Assembly (NCBI RefSeq): GCF_000143415.4 | Contig: NW_003314542.1 | Location: forward strand, 1 to 14,177 | DNA: 14,177 nucleotides | Source of the DNA: Selaginella moellendorffii | Taxonomy: Eukaryota > Plantae > Lycopodiophyta | Reading direction: 5' to 3' | Part shown: in pieces, positions 1-9,119 of the stretch | How the letters are laid out: every line of letters starts with the position of its first letter | How positions within the stretch are numbered: the stretch's first letter is position 1 | Notes under the pieces: generated by a model | Databases searched by the model: none | Told to the model about the DNA's origin: nothing | Seen by the model: only the letters and a program-made list of their open reading frames with translations | Made by a program: the position numbers and the translations under genes

Positions 1-451
1 CATCATCATCACGGTGATGGGAGCTCCTCTGGTTGTTCACCACCATCACCATGGTCACCACCATGGTCACCACCATGGAGGACGCCACAACCACCACCAC
101 CACCACCACCATCGTCGCGATGGTCACGACGCAGCAGTGGCCACACCAACACCCGCAGCAGTAGTTACAGTGGTTCGGAGGACGCCGTGGTCGCTGCTCC
201 AGTTTCTTCTCTGGGTTTTGGTTGCGATCTTGGTGCTGCTCGCGTGCTTTTTGCTCGTGCGATGGATGTTATCTCGAAGGAAGCAGCGCAGTAATGTGAT
301 CTTTCAGGATCCCGGGTGGCAGATCGAAGTTGTGGTGGACGATCCTCCGACTGAGAAGAAACAGCTGGAAGCTCACACTCGTGGTTCGCACAGCAATGGC
401 ACTCTAGGATTCTCCTCAAAGTGTCCTGCCAACACTGGCAGTGACGTGTAA
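1..451 (+). pseudogene. His-rich single-pass membrane protein, copy 1 (5' end outside window; frameshifted relative to copy 2)
   Basis: ORF 14-451 has poly-His runs, a hydrophobic stretch WSLLQFLLWVLVAILVLLACFLLV and then basic RRKQR. Versus copy 2 it has an extra G at 19-21 (gatggga vs gatgga), an extra 12-bp His/Gly unit, and 2 extra C near 347 that change the C-terminus. Confidence 0.6.
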
Positions 452-655
452 CTCAGCACAGTGCATGCGTTGTCACATGGAAGATTGTGTACAAAAAATC
501 TTCAAGGAGATGAAGTTGCAGAGCAAGAAGACAGCAGGCTCTTGCTCACGGACAGTGAAGATCACATACGAGGGTCAACTACCAGACTTGGAAGTTATTG
601 CACAGCTGGCTCGGAACATGGACTGGAAAATAGAGCAAGAACCTACCAAGTTTCG
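1..655 (+). repeat. Module H copy 1, duplicate of 9435-10077
   Basis: Near-identical, roughly 95% by eye, to 9435-10077. Homology ends at ...ccaagtttcg (655/10077). Confidence 0.95.
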
Positions 656-665
656 ATTTGACTAA
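441..665 (+). pseudogene. Cys-rich ORF fragment (CNSAQCMRCHMEDC...), unknown family; second copy at 9863-10077
   Basis: The same frame stays open in both copies with a protein-like composition. No firm family assignment. Confidence 0.35.
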
Positions 666-805
666 GCTATCCTCTAGAGTGACGGGGGAGAAGACGTCAG
701 TGCACCTCCAAAGGCCAGAGAAGTTGCTTGAGACGAAAGGTTTGAGAAAAGGTAACGTACTACTTTTGCTCTCTGTTCTTGCAGGCGCTCAAATCTCAAC
801 TTCGA

Positions 806-1054
806 TGAGAAGAAGCAGTGCAGGGCATAGCAGCCAGATAAGTTTCTCCAGAGTCAAGCCGGGAATCAAGCAAGTGCAATTGTGAAAGTATGGTCGAAGT
901 CTACACTGCAGCTTGCAACACAGGTAGTTCAACAGGATGGGACGAAGAACAGGATAGGCTGGTCTACCTCGCAAATTGTGAATACAAAGCCGATGCATTC
1001 GTCGCAAGCAGCCTCGTGGACATGTGGAAGCATCAGAAGTGTTCAGGAGGACAA
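806..1054 (+). repeat. Module X/PPR 5' part, duplicate of 13929-14177
   Basis: tgagaagaagcagtgcagggc...gttcaggaggacaa recurs at a constant offset of 13123 with few substitutions. Confidence 0.95.
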
Positions 1055-1340
1055 ATAAACATGACGTTGGTTGCCTGGAACATGATCATCATGGGACAGC
1101 ACGTCTTCTATCAGATGCAACGAGAAGCTGGCCTGCCTCCAAACGCTGAGACTTTGCATGGAGTAGCAAAACATCGTTTCCTGGGATATGCTGAGAACAA
1201 CCTTTGCTCTTGAGTGCTATGAGCAAGCCAGCAGCCAAACGCTCAGACTTTCATGGTGGCGCTCAAGGCACACAGCGACTTAGCAGAGAAGAGGCTCCAC
1301 TCACAAATCTGGGAGAGAAATCTGGATGGAATCCACTACT
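980..1340 (+). pseudogene. PLS-class pentatricopeptide repeat (PPR) gene fragment, internally deleted
   Basis: Typical plant PPR pieces across frames: DAFVASSLVDM, CGSI, EVFRRTNKHDV, VAWNMIIMG, VFYQMQREAGLPPNAET, LGYAEN, QPNAQTFMVALKA, RLHSQI. Contains frameshifts, stops and missing helices. Confidence 0.85.
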
Positions 1341-1358
1341 CAGCATGCTTGCTCAATG

Positions 1359-3851
1359 AGAGAAAAGCTCATCTCGGGAGGTTGATAAACTTTGCAAGGA
1401 AAGAGTGTGATGCAAGGTTGATGGAGCTGTCCATAAAACCCAAACAAAGATGGCACCTGAAAAGACGCAAAAGGATCTTAGCTGGCACACCATGGTGAAG
1501 GATAAAAAATATGAGAGACAATACTTATCTCTGCATTTATTTCATTTGACCAATGGTTATAAACATATTTATAATTTATAAGTCAAGATTAATATTATTC
1601 CATATCGATAGTAGAATAAGCAAGAATATACTATAAAGTGTTTAGGAAAGAATATAATAAAAAGATTAATCTAAATGAACAACAACTATTAGCTATTAAA
1701 ATATCCTAGAGTCTAAGCATATTTAAATATAGTCAATACTGCTACAGGTTTGCTTAAGCAAACCAATTATAGATTTATAGTGTTTGGTCACTTTAAATCT
1801 GTATTAGCCTATTCACAAACGTTTTTACATTAGTATATTTAACTTTTTTCATTAGTGTATATGGAACTTAATTTTCTCCAAGATTTTATTGTAGATTAGA
1901 TGTTATATTCTTCTTTCAACCATGCCCTGTACATATATACAAACTTTATAATTACAATTCAAGTTCTTTAAATCTTTCTTGATTTCATATTAGTAGACGA
2001 GAAACAACAAATATATGAGATTACAAATACTTGGTCAAATGAAGCAAAGACAACATACTCAAAGGCATTATAATTAAAAGTAAAAGATCAACGTCAAGCA
2101 GCAATACCATCATCACGAATATATGATTCTCATTTATGGAAGTGACACTGTAAATAGAAAGCTTTACAACAAAGTTGCAATTACACATAATTATTTAAAT
2201 GTTAAAATTCTAGAGTATTTTATCCTTTGCATAGGATGGATCCAAGTGTTAAACTTTGGATTCATTATAACATCTGAATATGAGGTGAAACAAATAGATA
2301 TTGATATAATATAGATATATAACTTAAATAATTAATATAAGTACTAATTATTAGATATTAAAATAACAAGTTTTTTTTCTAAATTAGGTGATAATGCAAA
2401 GCCTCTATCAAATAGAAACTATTGCCCATAAAAATTAGATACTTCAATTACTATTTTAAAAATACCTGTTCAATAAAAATATTACAGCTAAAACCTTAAT
2501 AAAATATTCTTTAGTGTATAAAAATATTTTTATGAACTCCTTTATTTATGTTCTCTTTATTAGAAAATCCTTTTATATAGAGCATAATCCTTCATGGTAA
2601 TAGTTATCTAAGAGAAATGCTATTTTAAGTTCTTTTTTGAACAACGTATATCATGTTGGAATAAAATTTTCAACACCACAAATGCTTTACAATTTCATGA
2701 GTAATGAAGCATAAAAAAATTGAGGAGGCATTAGAATTATGAATAATGGTTCCAAAAATAAAATTTTAATTATCTGAAAGAGGAGTTGCCTTCTCTATCA
2801 AGAGTAGAGTTACATGAACATATAAAAAAATGCATTCGAGGTGAATACCATGATAAGCATAACTGATTGTGTTAGAGTTTAAAAAGTACAAACACTTTAG
2901 AAAATTTAAACAAGTAATATAAATTTATACATTTTAGTGGGTTGAAGGTAATGTTTATAGAGAATACAAGTTTAGAATTACAAACTTAGCTAACATGGTG
3001 GTTTAGTTGTTTTCTACATTTAAAGACTTTAATTATTTCTCAGATAAAGAACTACCAGCATTGATTCCTTTATTAATTCTCTTTCTTTATTAAATGAGTT
3101 TTAAAATACTTGCTACCCACTATTGAAAAAAAGTTGCTCTAAATGCATATTTTAATATAAAACTTTCTAGAATGATTTGGTCACCTCTATCTTATGATAG
3201 ACCTTTATGCACTCTTATATAAAAGGCTAAGTTATAATAAATTACATATCATTTTAAAGATTTAGTGGAATGTTTGTTTACTATAACATTGACACAACCT
3301 CTTGGTCACAACCTCACAAAGTAAATGCTATTGGAATTTAATTTACAATAAAACCAATTGAGAACCTTAAAACTCTCAGAAGAAAACAATGAGTAAGTAA
3401 GCCCAAGCAATTGAGAAAGTTGTACCATCCCAAACATGAGTATGTAACTATAGAACATAGAGGACCAATACTTTTGAGCAATTAAAATCTTAGCTACTTC
3501 TAAGTCAAAAAAAAAAAAAAAATGCATAAGATTTAGTGAGCTATATGTCAACCTAGAGCAAGTTCTACAGTCAAATATTTTGTTTGGATTGGAGGAATAT
3601 TATGTGGTAAGCAAATTATTATATGAACTTTATGCACTCTAGCTAATTGTTTTTGTAGATGAAAACAATATGGCAATCCTCCAAAACAATGTGATCAATT
3701 CATATGGTTATGTCCTGCAAAATTTTTGCACACATGGTCTATGCAATGTCAATTGTCCAAAAACCAAAAAATAAACTATATATTTGGTTATTTGGGTGAA
3801 ATTGATGAATTTGAAGTTTTATGCTTTCGTTGAAACAGGCTTTAAATTTGA
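1359..3851. repeat. Module Y' plus AT-rich unit copy 1, collinear with 11351-13931
   Basis: Many shared anchors, e.g. gaaagagtgtgatgcaaggttgatggagctgtc, attacaaatacttggtcaaa, cagctaaaaccttaataaaatattctttagtgtat, acattgacacaacctcttggtcacaa, ggattggaggaatattat, gggtgaaattgatgaattt. Identity about 75-85% by eye. Confidence 0.9.
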
Positions 3852-3909
3852 AATGAACACTTTAAAACTATAATAACAATCTCACTTTTCTCAAGAAATT
3901 AATGTTCCT

Positions 3910-4115
3910 TAACATTACAAATGCATGGTCAGAGGTATCAAAGACATTGGAAAAGAACTAGTTATTAGTATTGTATTTGAATTTGATATATTTATAAATA
4001 AAGATTAATATATAAATTAGGATTTTATAGTAATAATTTTATATTTAGTAATACTAAATATAGTGAATTTATTATTTAAATTAGGTCAGAAATAAAAACC
4101 TCTAAAATTTCAGAT
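3910..4115. repeat. Condensed third copy of the AT-rich unit, left part (continues at 7609 after the LTR element)
   Basis: attacaaatgcatggtc..aaagaca resembles 2020-2052. taaattaggtc..aaaacctct resembles 2380-2407 and 12404-12430. Confidence 0.6.
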
Positions 4116-4230
4116 TGTGAGTGCATGGAAGATGGGTCTGGATTGAAACTAATCCGACGGCTACTAAAATCCCATTACGCTAATATTAATATACAACATC
4201 GTAACCATACACTTGGACTTGGACCTTATA
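4116..4230 (-). repeat. 3' LTR (115 bp, internally deleted)
   Basis: tgtgagtgcatgg...tggattgaaa...aaatccc...aatattaatata...acttggaccttata aligns to 7443-7608. It lacks about 60 bp including the TATA-like motif. Confidence 0.8.
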
Positions 4231-4245
4231 TCATCCCCTCTTCTC
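4231..4245 (-). other. Polypurine tract
   Basis: Minus strand GAGAAGAGGGGATGA directly abuts the 3' LTR. Confidence 0.8.
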
Positions 4246-4349
4246 GGAATAATGAAAGACCATCAGGTTCTTTTATAAATGGGCCGGGATCTAGAGGAAC
4301 GTCAGGAGGAGGCATTGGCAGATCTGTAGGTGGTATTAATTGTTTCTAA

Positions 4350-5460
4350 TCCTTTTATACGAAATGTTTTAATTGTTGTATATGCACAATTTTTGGAGGA
4401 TTTGCCTATGGATATCATGCCAAATCTCATAAACTTGTGGTTCAACTTGCCACAACACTCAATATAGTCTTTTCCATTGAGCAAGGAGCCCTTTAAATAA
4501 ACCACATACTATAAGATGGGGAAAACAGACTAACACCATATCATCCACTTTGTACTCCATAGGCGGATGATGATGGGACTTGTAACACTATTGTTGTCCC
4601 ACTTGTACGTGGCTTAAGTGTTTGGTAGACTCTATTCGAACAAGTGGAAGAATGCTCGTCAAATACTGATCCCACAACCTAGCATCAGCAGCTCGTGACA
4701 ATTGCAAAGGTAAACCAAGCTTTGTTGGTAATATTAGATCATGACCACATAGAAGTTTATATGATGAAGTAACAATAGAACTCTACACCCCTGTGACATA
4801 TGCATACCAAAGAGAAGATAAATAACCATCCTAATTCGAATGTTGAAAGTTCACGTACTTTGTAATCATCCCTTTGAACGTCTGAACGAGCCATTCCACC
4901 AAATCGTTTAATTATGGATAATAAGCATTTGTGAAAGTGTGGCGTATCCCAAACTGAGATGTTAAAACATAAAATACCTCAGCTATAAATACGGGACCAT
5001 TGTCTGAAAGAATCCGCTCTGGACAAGAATGCTAGAACACCACTCAATTGAGGAGGAAGTATTCAATAGCAGTTGCAAAGGCGCTAGCAAGAGCACTAAC
5101 TTCCACCTAATGAGTCAAGTAGTCAGAAGCAATAATAACATACTCATTGCCAATAATCGATTGTAGAAAAGGTTTTATAAGATCAAACGCCACCAACTTA
5201 AACAAATGAGAAACTGCAATTGACTCCAATTGTCTTTCCAAGGCACGAGGGAGAGTATTATGGGCTTGGCACCAAATGTAGCTACGCATATACCGGATAA
5301 TGTCACGTTGCATCTCCGGCCAATAGAAAGACCTGTGCAACTTTTCAATCACACAACGATATCCCATATGCTCGTCTAGAACAGGAGAATCATGGTAGGC
5401 ATGGAGAAACCGTAGAATAAAGACAGAAGGCACCACCAGCTGTAAAGGATCATCAGGATC
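4350..5460 (-). pseudogene. Retroelement integrase (H2C2 zinc domain, DDE core, C-terminal region)
   Basis: LVVP...HAYHDSPV..HMG...KLHRSFYWPEMQRDI..Y..S...CQ, then VAFDLIKP, YVIIASDYLT, PERILSDNGPVF, GIRH.FT.AYYP, MVYLK...KLNHKF, IVHIQQLKHF. Multiple stops. Confidence 0.9.
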
Positions 5461-5879
5461 TGTCTTCACAAAATAAAAAAGGCTGACTTCAAGGTGATAT
5501 TGAGAATGTAAATGAAGGAAAGACAAGTCATTAGCAAGTGATGCAGGATTCTCAAACCCATCTCGAAGCTTTCGAATCCATGGCTCAATCTTTTGAGCCT
5601 CGTGAACCTCATTAAGAGAAGGTAGATCTTGCTCTGCGCCTTGTGGACACTGAATGTCAAGTACAGAAACCGCCGACGGCACAGAATCCTCGTCTAGAAA
5701 ATCCATAAATGCTAGATCGGAAAAGAGAAAAGCAAAACAAGATGGAAACATAAGAGGAAGTAGTGGGGGGACAAAAGAAATAGAAGCAGAGGTAGAATTA
5801 GAGGGACGAAGAATACAGAAGTGAGAGGAATGGATGAAATATAAAGAAATATGAGATAAGGGGGGAGAAGCCTCAAAGT

Positions 5880-6200
5880 CACACTTGGCATGATTGCGTT
5901 GCAACCAATCTATACCAAGGATGAAGTTAAAAGTTTGACTTAGCACCACCTACAATGATTGCAACCCAAGCTCGGGATCGCCCACATGCACAACTAGGTC
6001 TGCCTCATCCCATACACATGCATATGTATGGCCGTTTCCATAAATAATGAAAACTGGCTCCACTGCATGACGCAAGTGTAAATGGCAACATGTGGCAACA
6101 GGTCAAGCAATAGAAGATAAACTCGAACCTATATCAACCAACACAGAGAGAATAATAGGAGACCATTTGTTATAAAAATAAGCTTGGAAAGTAAACACTA
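5880..6200 (-). pseudogene. Retropepsin-type aspartic protease
   Basis: VLVDIGSSLS (degenerate D-T/S-G) and FILGIDWL, in the same frame as ORF 5107-5949, with two stops between. Confidence 0.85.
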
Positions 6201-6399
6201 GATGAACTGGTGCCGAGTGAACCCCTTGATGATACTTCCGAAAGAAATATTGAGGAGTCACTAACTTATTCGCGCAAGGTCCTTCCATTACTCATGCCAC
6301 TCCTTATTTCCCGGATGCATCTCAATGTCCAAACCTTCCACTACAGCAACACCAACAAGATGTTATTGACGCCAAGGTGTCCACTCAGGAAATAGTGGC

Positions 6400-7151
6400 C
6401 GCCAATTTGGAAAACACTGACAATGCCGATAAGTGTGACCAACTTCATCAGGCACCCAATATCGAATATCACAGCCACAACCACGGCCTCGCCCTTGTCC
6501 TTAAACTTGAGCAGTAGTAGCATCAACCTCCATTGGAACAGGACCATCACCCACAAGAAGTGGAGCTGAAGGATGTGAAGCGAGAAGTGGAAGAAGCGAC
6601 ATCTCATAATGTTGTGCCAAGCGAAGAGCATTGTCAAGGGTGGCAGGAGCAAGTGCATGCATAAGTCTGACAAGATCTTGACGAAGTACTGGCCACAACA
6701 TTTCTAACTTGATCCGCTTTGATATATTTGGCTCTACATGAAGCAAGAGGCTTCGGAAATGAATGCTAAATTGCATCACCAACTCAGATGGCCCTTGACA
6801 AAAATAATGCAATTGTTGGAAAGCATCATCACAATCGTTGGCATGTTCGAATGCATGTTTAAAGATGTCCAGGAGAATATTCCAATCTTCATAAGTGGCT
6901 GCGTTCAAACAATTGTACCACTGCAACACCGTCCCTTGGAGACATGTGGGAAATTCACGCAAACATCAAGCATCATCCCAAGAATGATATATGGCAATCA
7001 CCGTGAAGTGATTGAACCAATGGTACACATCATCCCCAAGATTCCTGCAAAAGAACTTCGGTTGAACACAAGAATTAGCATTAAAAACAGGAAGAGTTGT
7101 ACTACATGCCATGAATGCCACCATCAATTGAGTTTGGTTGTTCAATTGCAA
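6400..7151 (-). pseudogene. Gag (Retrotrans_gag-like capsid plus degenerate zinc knuckle)
   Basis: ORFs 6966-7151 and 6501-6962 share a frame across one TGA: LQGTVLQWY...W..L...F...F, QGPSE.V..F...F, PATLDNALRLAQ.YE, PVPMEVD, followed by RYWVPDEVGHTYRHC (decayed CxxCxxxGHxxxxC). Confidence 0.9.
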
Positions 7152-7425
7152 TCACATAGCATCAAGCAATTGTACCAATTGCTACTCCAGAGTCAAAAGA
7201 GAAGGAGATTGCTAATCTGCTATGAAGATGAACGAAAAGGAAAAAACAAAAGAAGATATGAAAAAAGGCTAGAAGGAAAGGGAGATCTAGACAATGCAAA
7301 AAGCTAAATCTTGAAAGGAAAAAATAAAAGAAAGGAAATGGAAAAAGTTAAATCTAGACGATGCAAAAGTTATATCTAAACCAAAAATCCCAAATTTGAG
7401 CACTCCTCAGGGACAATCATACGTG

Positions 7426-7441
7426 CCCTTCATCTCTACTA
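7426..7441 (-). other. Primer-binding site complementary to the 3' end of tRNA-Ala
   Basis: Plus strand cccttcatctctacta vs mature tRNA-Ala 3' end cccagcatctccacca: 12/16 matches, last 11 nt 9/11 with both mismatches C>T. Lies 1 nt from the 5' LTR. Confidence 0.7.
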
Positions 7442-7442
7442 A

Positions 7443-7608
7443 TGTGAATGCATGAAATATAAAAAGGGAATACAGAAAATATGCATATTAATTCCCAAAA
7501 ACCCTAGTTTATATATAGGAGTGAGTGGTTTGGATTGAAATCAATCTTACAACTACCTAAATCCCAATATTAATATATAGCATTATAGCAGTAAACTTGG
7601 ACCTCACA
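7443..7608 (-). repeat. 5' LTR (166 bp)
   Basis: TGTGA...TCACA inverted termini. Contains minus-strand TATATATAAA at 7508-7517. Homologous to 4116-4230. Confidence 0.85.
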
Positions 7609-7757
7609 AGATCTAGATATTATTTAGATTACTATTTTGTTTAAAATACCTGTTTGCCACTAAAACATTAAGAAAATATTCTTTAGTGTACCAAAATATT
7701 TTTAAAATACTCTTAATGACTTTTTTTGTTGACTTGGCTCTCTTTATTAGCAGATCC
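7609..7757. repeat. Third copy of the AT-rich unit, right part
   Basis: attactatttt..aaaatacctgtt..aaaatattctttagtgta..aaaatattttt..tctctttattag matches 2447-2570 and 12518-12600. Confidence 0.75.
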
Positions 7758-8225
7758 ACTTGAAAGTACATTAAGTTGTACATTCTTGAGGTCAATAGGG
7801 GACATTTAATTCCTTGTTACAACTTACAAGTTCTAAAGGCATTAGTTTGGTTTTTATACAAGATCCAGGTGGGACAACATGCTTAGAATACAAGGAATGG
7901 AGAGAGGCCACCTTGAAACAAAATCCATCTTGTAGTAAGCTTTTAATAATTAGTTTTTTTGAATTGATCAAGTGTGCCCAATATCTCTATTTGTTTGTTC
8001 AGAGACTATGAGAGACCAAAAGCAAATGCATTTAAACTTTGAAAGAATGTAAAGGTGACGTTTCCAAATTTGAAATTTTGTAAGAAAAAAAAGTTACTCA
8101 TTTTAAAAGACTTTTAGCTATACAATTATGTAGCTAAATATGTTTACTAGCAAACCAAAATACCAAATAATATTAGTGTTTATACAATTTGATTGCTACT
8201 GAAGATCATATAATTGATTTATATT

Positions 8226-8682
8226 GTGTTGGTTCTACCAATTGCTCTACTCATCCTCTTGAATAACACTCTCTTTTCGTCCTCCCTTGTGAATACTGTT
8301 ACTATTATATAAGCATTAGTAACATTCTTCATGGTTGCCTGCAGATGCAGATGCTTTCCTATAGAAACCTGCTGGAGATGGTGGTCTTTCCAAAGCTCAT
8401 CACTCAGAAGGCTCTTGAAATGCAACAAAAGATGCCAGAATCTACAAGGATGAGTATTAGAATGGTGAAGAGGAAAGATTAGCATTTTTGTTTCTTTGCT
8501 AAGAGGATGTAGATCAGATGGTAGAGTGCTTCCTTAGCATGCGAGAGGCACTGGGATCGATACCCAGCATCTCCAAATATGTTTGATTATTGGATCGTTC
8601 CAGGTGTTTTGAGTGATTTTACTGGTGTTGACCTTTGGGGGAGCTATGGATGGATGTTGCAGTGTGAGACCATCAAAACAGC
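8226..8682 (+). repeat. Module T copy 1 (exon-like fragment, tRNA-Ala and 3' flank), duplicate of 10077-10499
   Basis: gtgttggtt.taccaattgct...gtgagaccatcaaaacagc is shared, with about 90% identity and small indels. Confidence 0.95.
8503..8575 (+). pseudogene. trnA-AGC: tRNA-Ala(AGC) pseudogene
   Basis: 73-nt match to plant tRNA-Ala(AGC), but with A2:C71 in the acceptor stem, D-stem GATC/GAGT mismatch and anticodon stem CTTCC/GCGAG mismatch. T-stem CTGGG/CCCAG is intact. Confidence 0.85.
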
Positions 8683-8962
8683 AATGGATAGACATTTATT
8701 TGTGTTTCTTTTTCCCACTTTTTTTCAAAAGGAAGTAGTTTGTGCACGCTGATGGCTTGTGTCTCTATGAGCTCCATGGCTTGCATTCAATAAGTGCCAA
8801 GTTTCCAGAGGTTTGAAAAGCATGTAAAAAAGTTTCGTTCACTACATTAGAATTGAGCCTAAAAGGGAGTTGCCATAAAATTAAAGTTGTTTTCTCTTTT
8901 GGAAATATTTGTACCTAGAGCATTTCGTGATTGTGAGATTAAATCACTGTTCACATCTAGGT

Positions 8963-9070
8963 TTGGGCTCTTTGGCATGCTCAAGCCCAATGGCACCCTT
9001 GCTGACAATCCATAGCGTCACTAGCTCTCGAGTCCTCTTTATTTTTTCTAAGTCAAGGGTTAGGTTATAA
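8963..9070 (+). promoter_or_regulatory. Possible promoter of the His-rich gene: inverted pair of site II-like motifs and TATA-like sequence
   Basis: TTGGGCT (8963-8969) and AGCCCAA (8984-8990) match the plant TGGGCY site II motif. TTATAA at 9065-9070 lies about 50 nt before ATG 9120. These motifs are short and could be chance. Confidence 0.3.
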
Positions 9071-9119
9071 TCTTTCTCACTTGGATTTTTCTATTGTCGA
9101 AGCTCTCGTCAGGTAAGCT

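Larger units (their letters stand above)
4116..7608 (-). mobile_element. Degenerate non-autonomous Ty3/gypsy LTR retrotransposon (gag-PR-INT, no RT/RNase H, no chromodomain), 3493 bp
   Basis: Direct terminal repeats 4116-4230 and 7443-7608, AGAT on both flanks (4112-4115, 7609-7612), PBS, PPT, and gag, aspartic protease and integrase motifs on the minus strand. Confidence 0.9.

Noticed and set aside
752-784. 33-bp GT..AG intron in module X
   Set aside because: Good donor and acceptor, but too short to be confident and the flanking frames contain stops. At best a shrunken relic, so no gene was called.
3507-3522. A16 run as a retro-insertion tail
   Set aside because: The paralogous site near 13583-13595 has an A-rich non-homopolymer of similar length. 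There is no TSD or inserted body, so slippage explains it.
6738-7307. 189-aa plus-strand ORF
   Set aside because: Antisense shadow of the gag region with no recognisable motifs. The minus strand carries the clear gag signature.
4116-7608. Ginger-type DNA transposon (TGT ends, 4-bp TSD, gypsy-like integrase)
   Set aside because: The ends are direct repeats with PBS and PPT, and gag and protease are present.
8503-8682. tRNA-derived SINE
   Set aside because: No poly-A/T tail or TSD, and both copies share about 250 bp of upstream flank, indicating DNA duplication rather than retroposition.
8963-9026. Helitron 3' hairpin plus CTRR end
   Set aside because: The stem is only 7 bp with a 14-nt loop, and the nearest CTAG is over 30 nt downstream and not followed by T.
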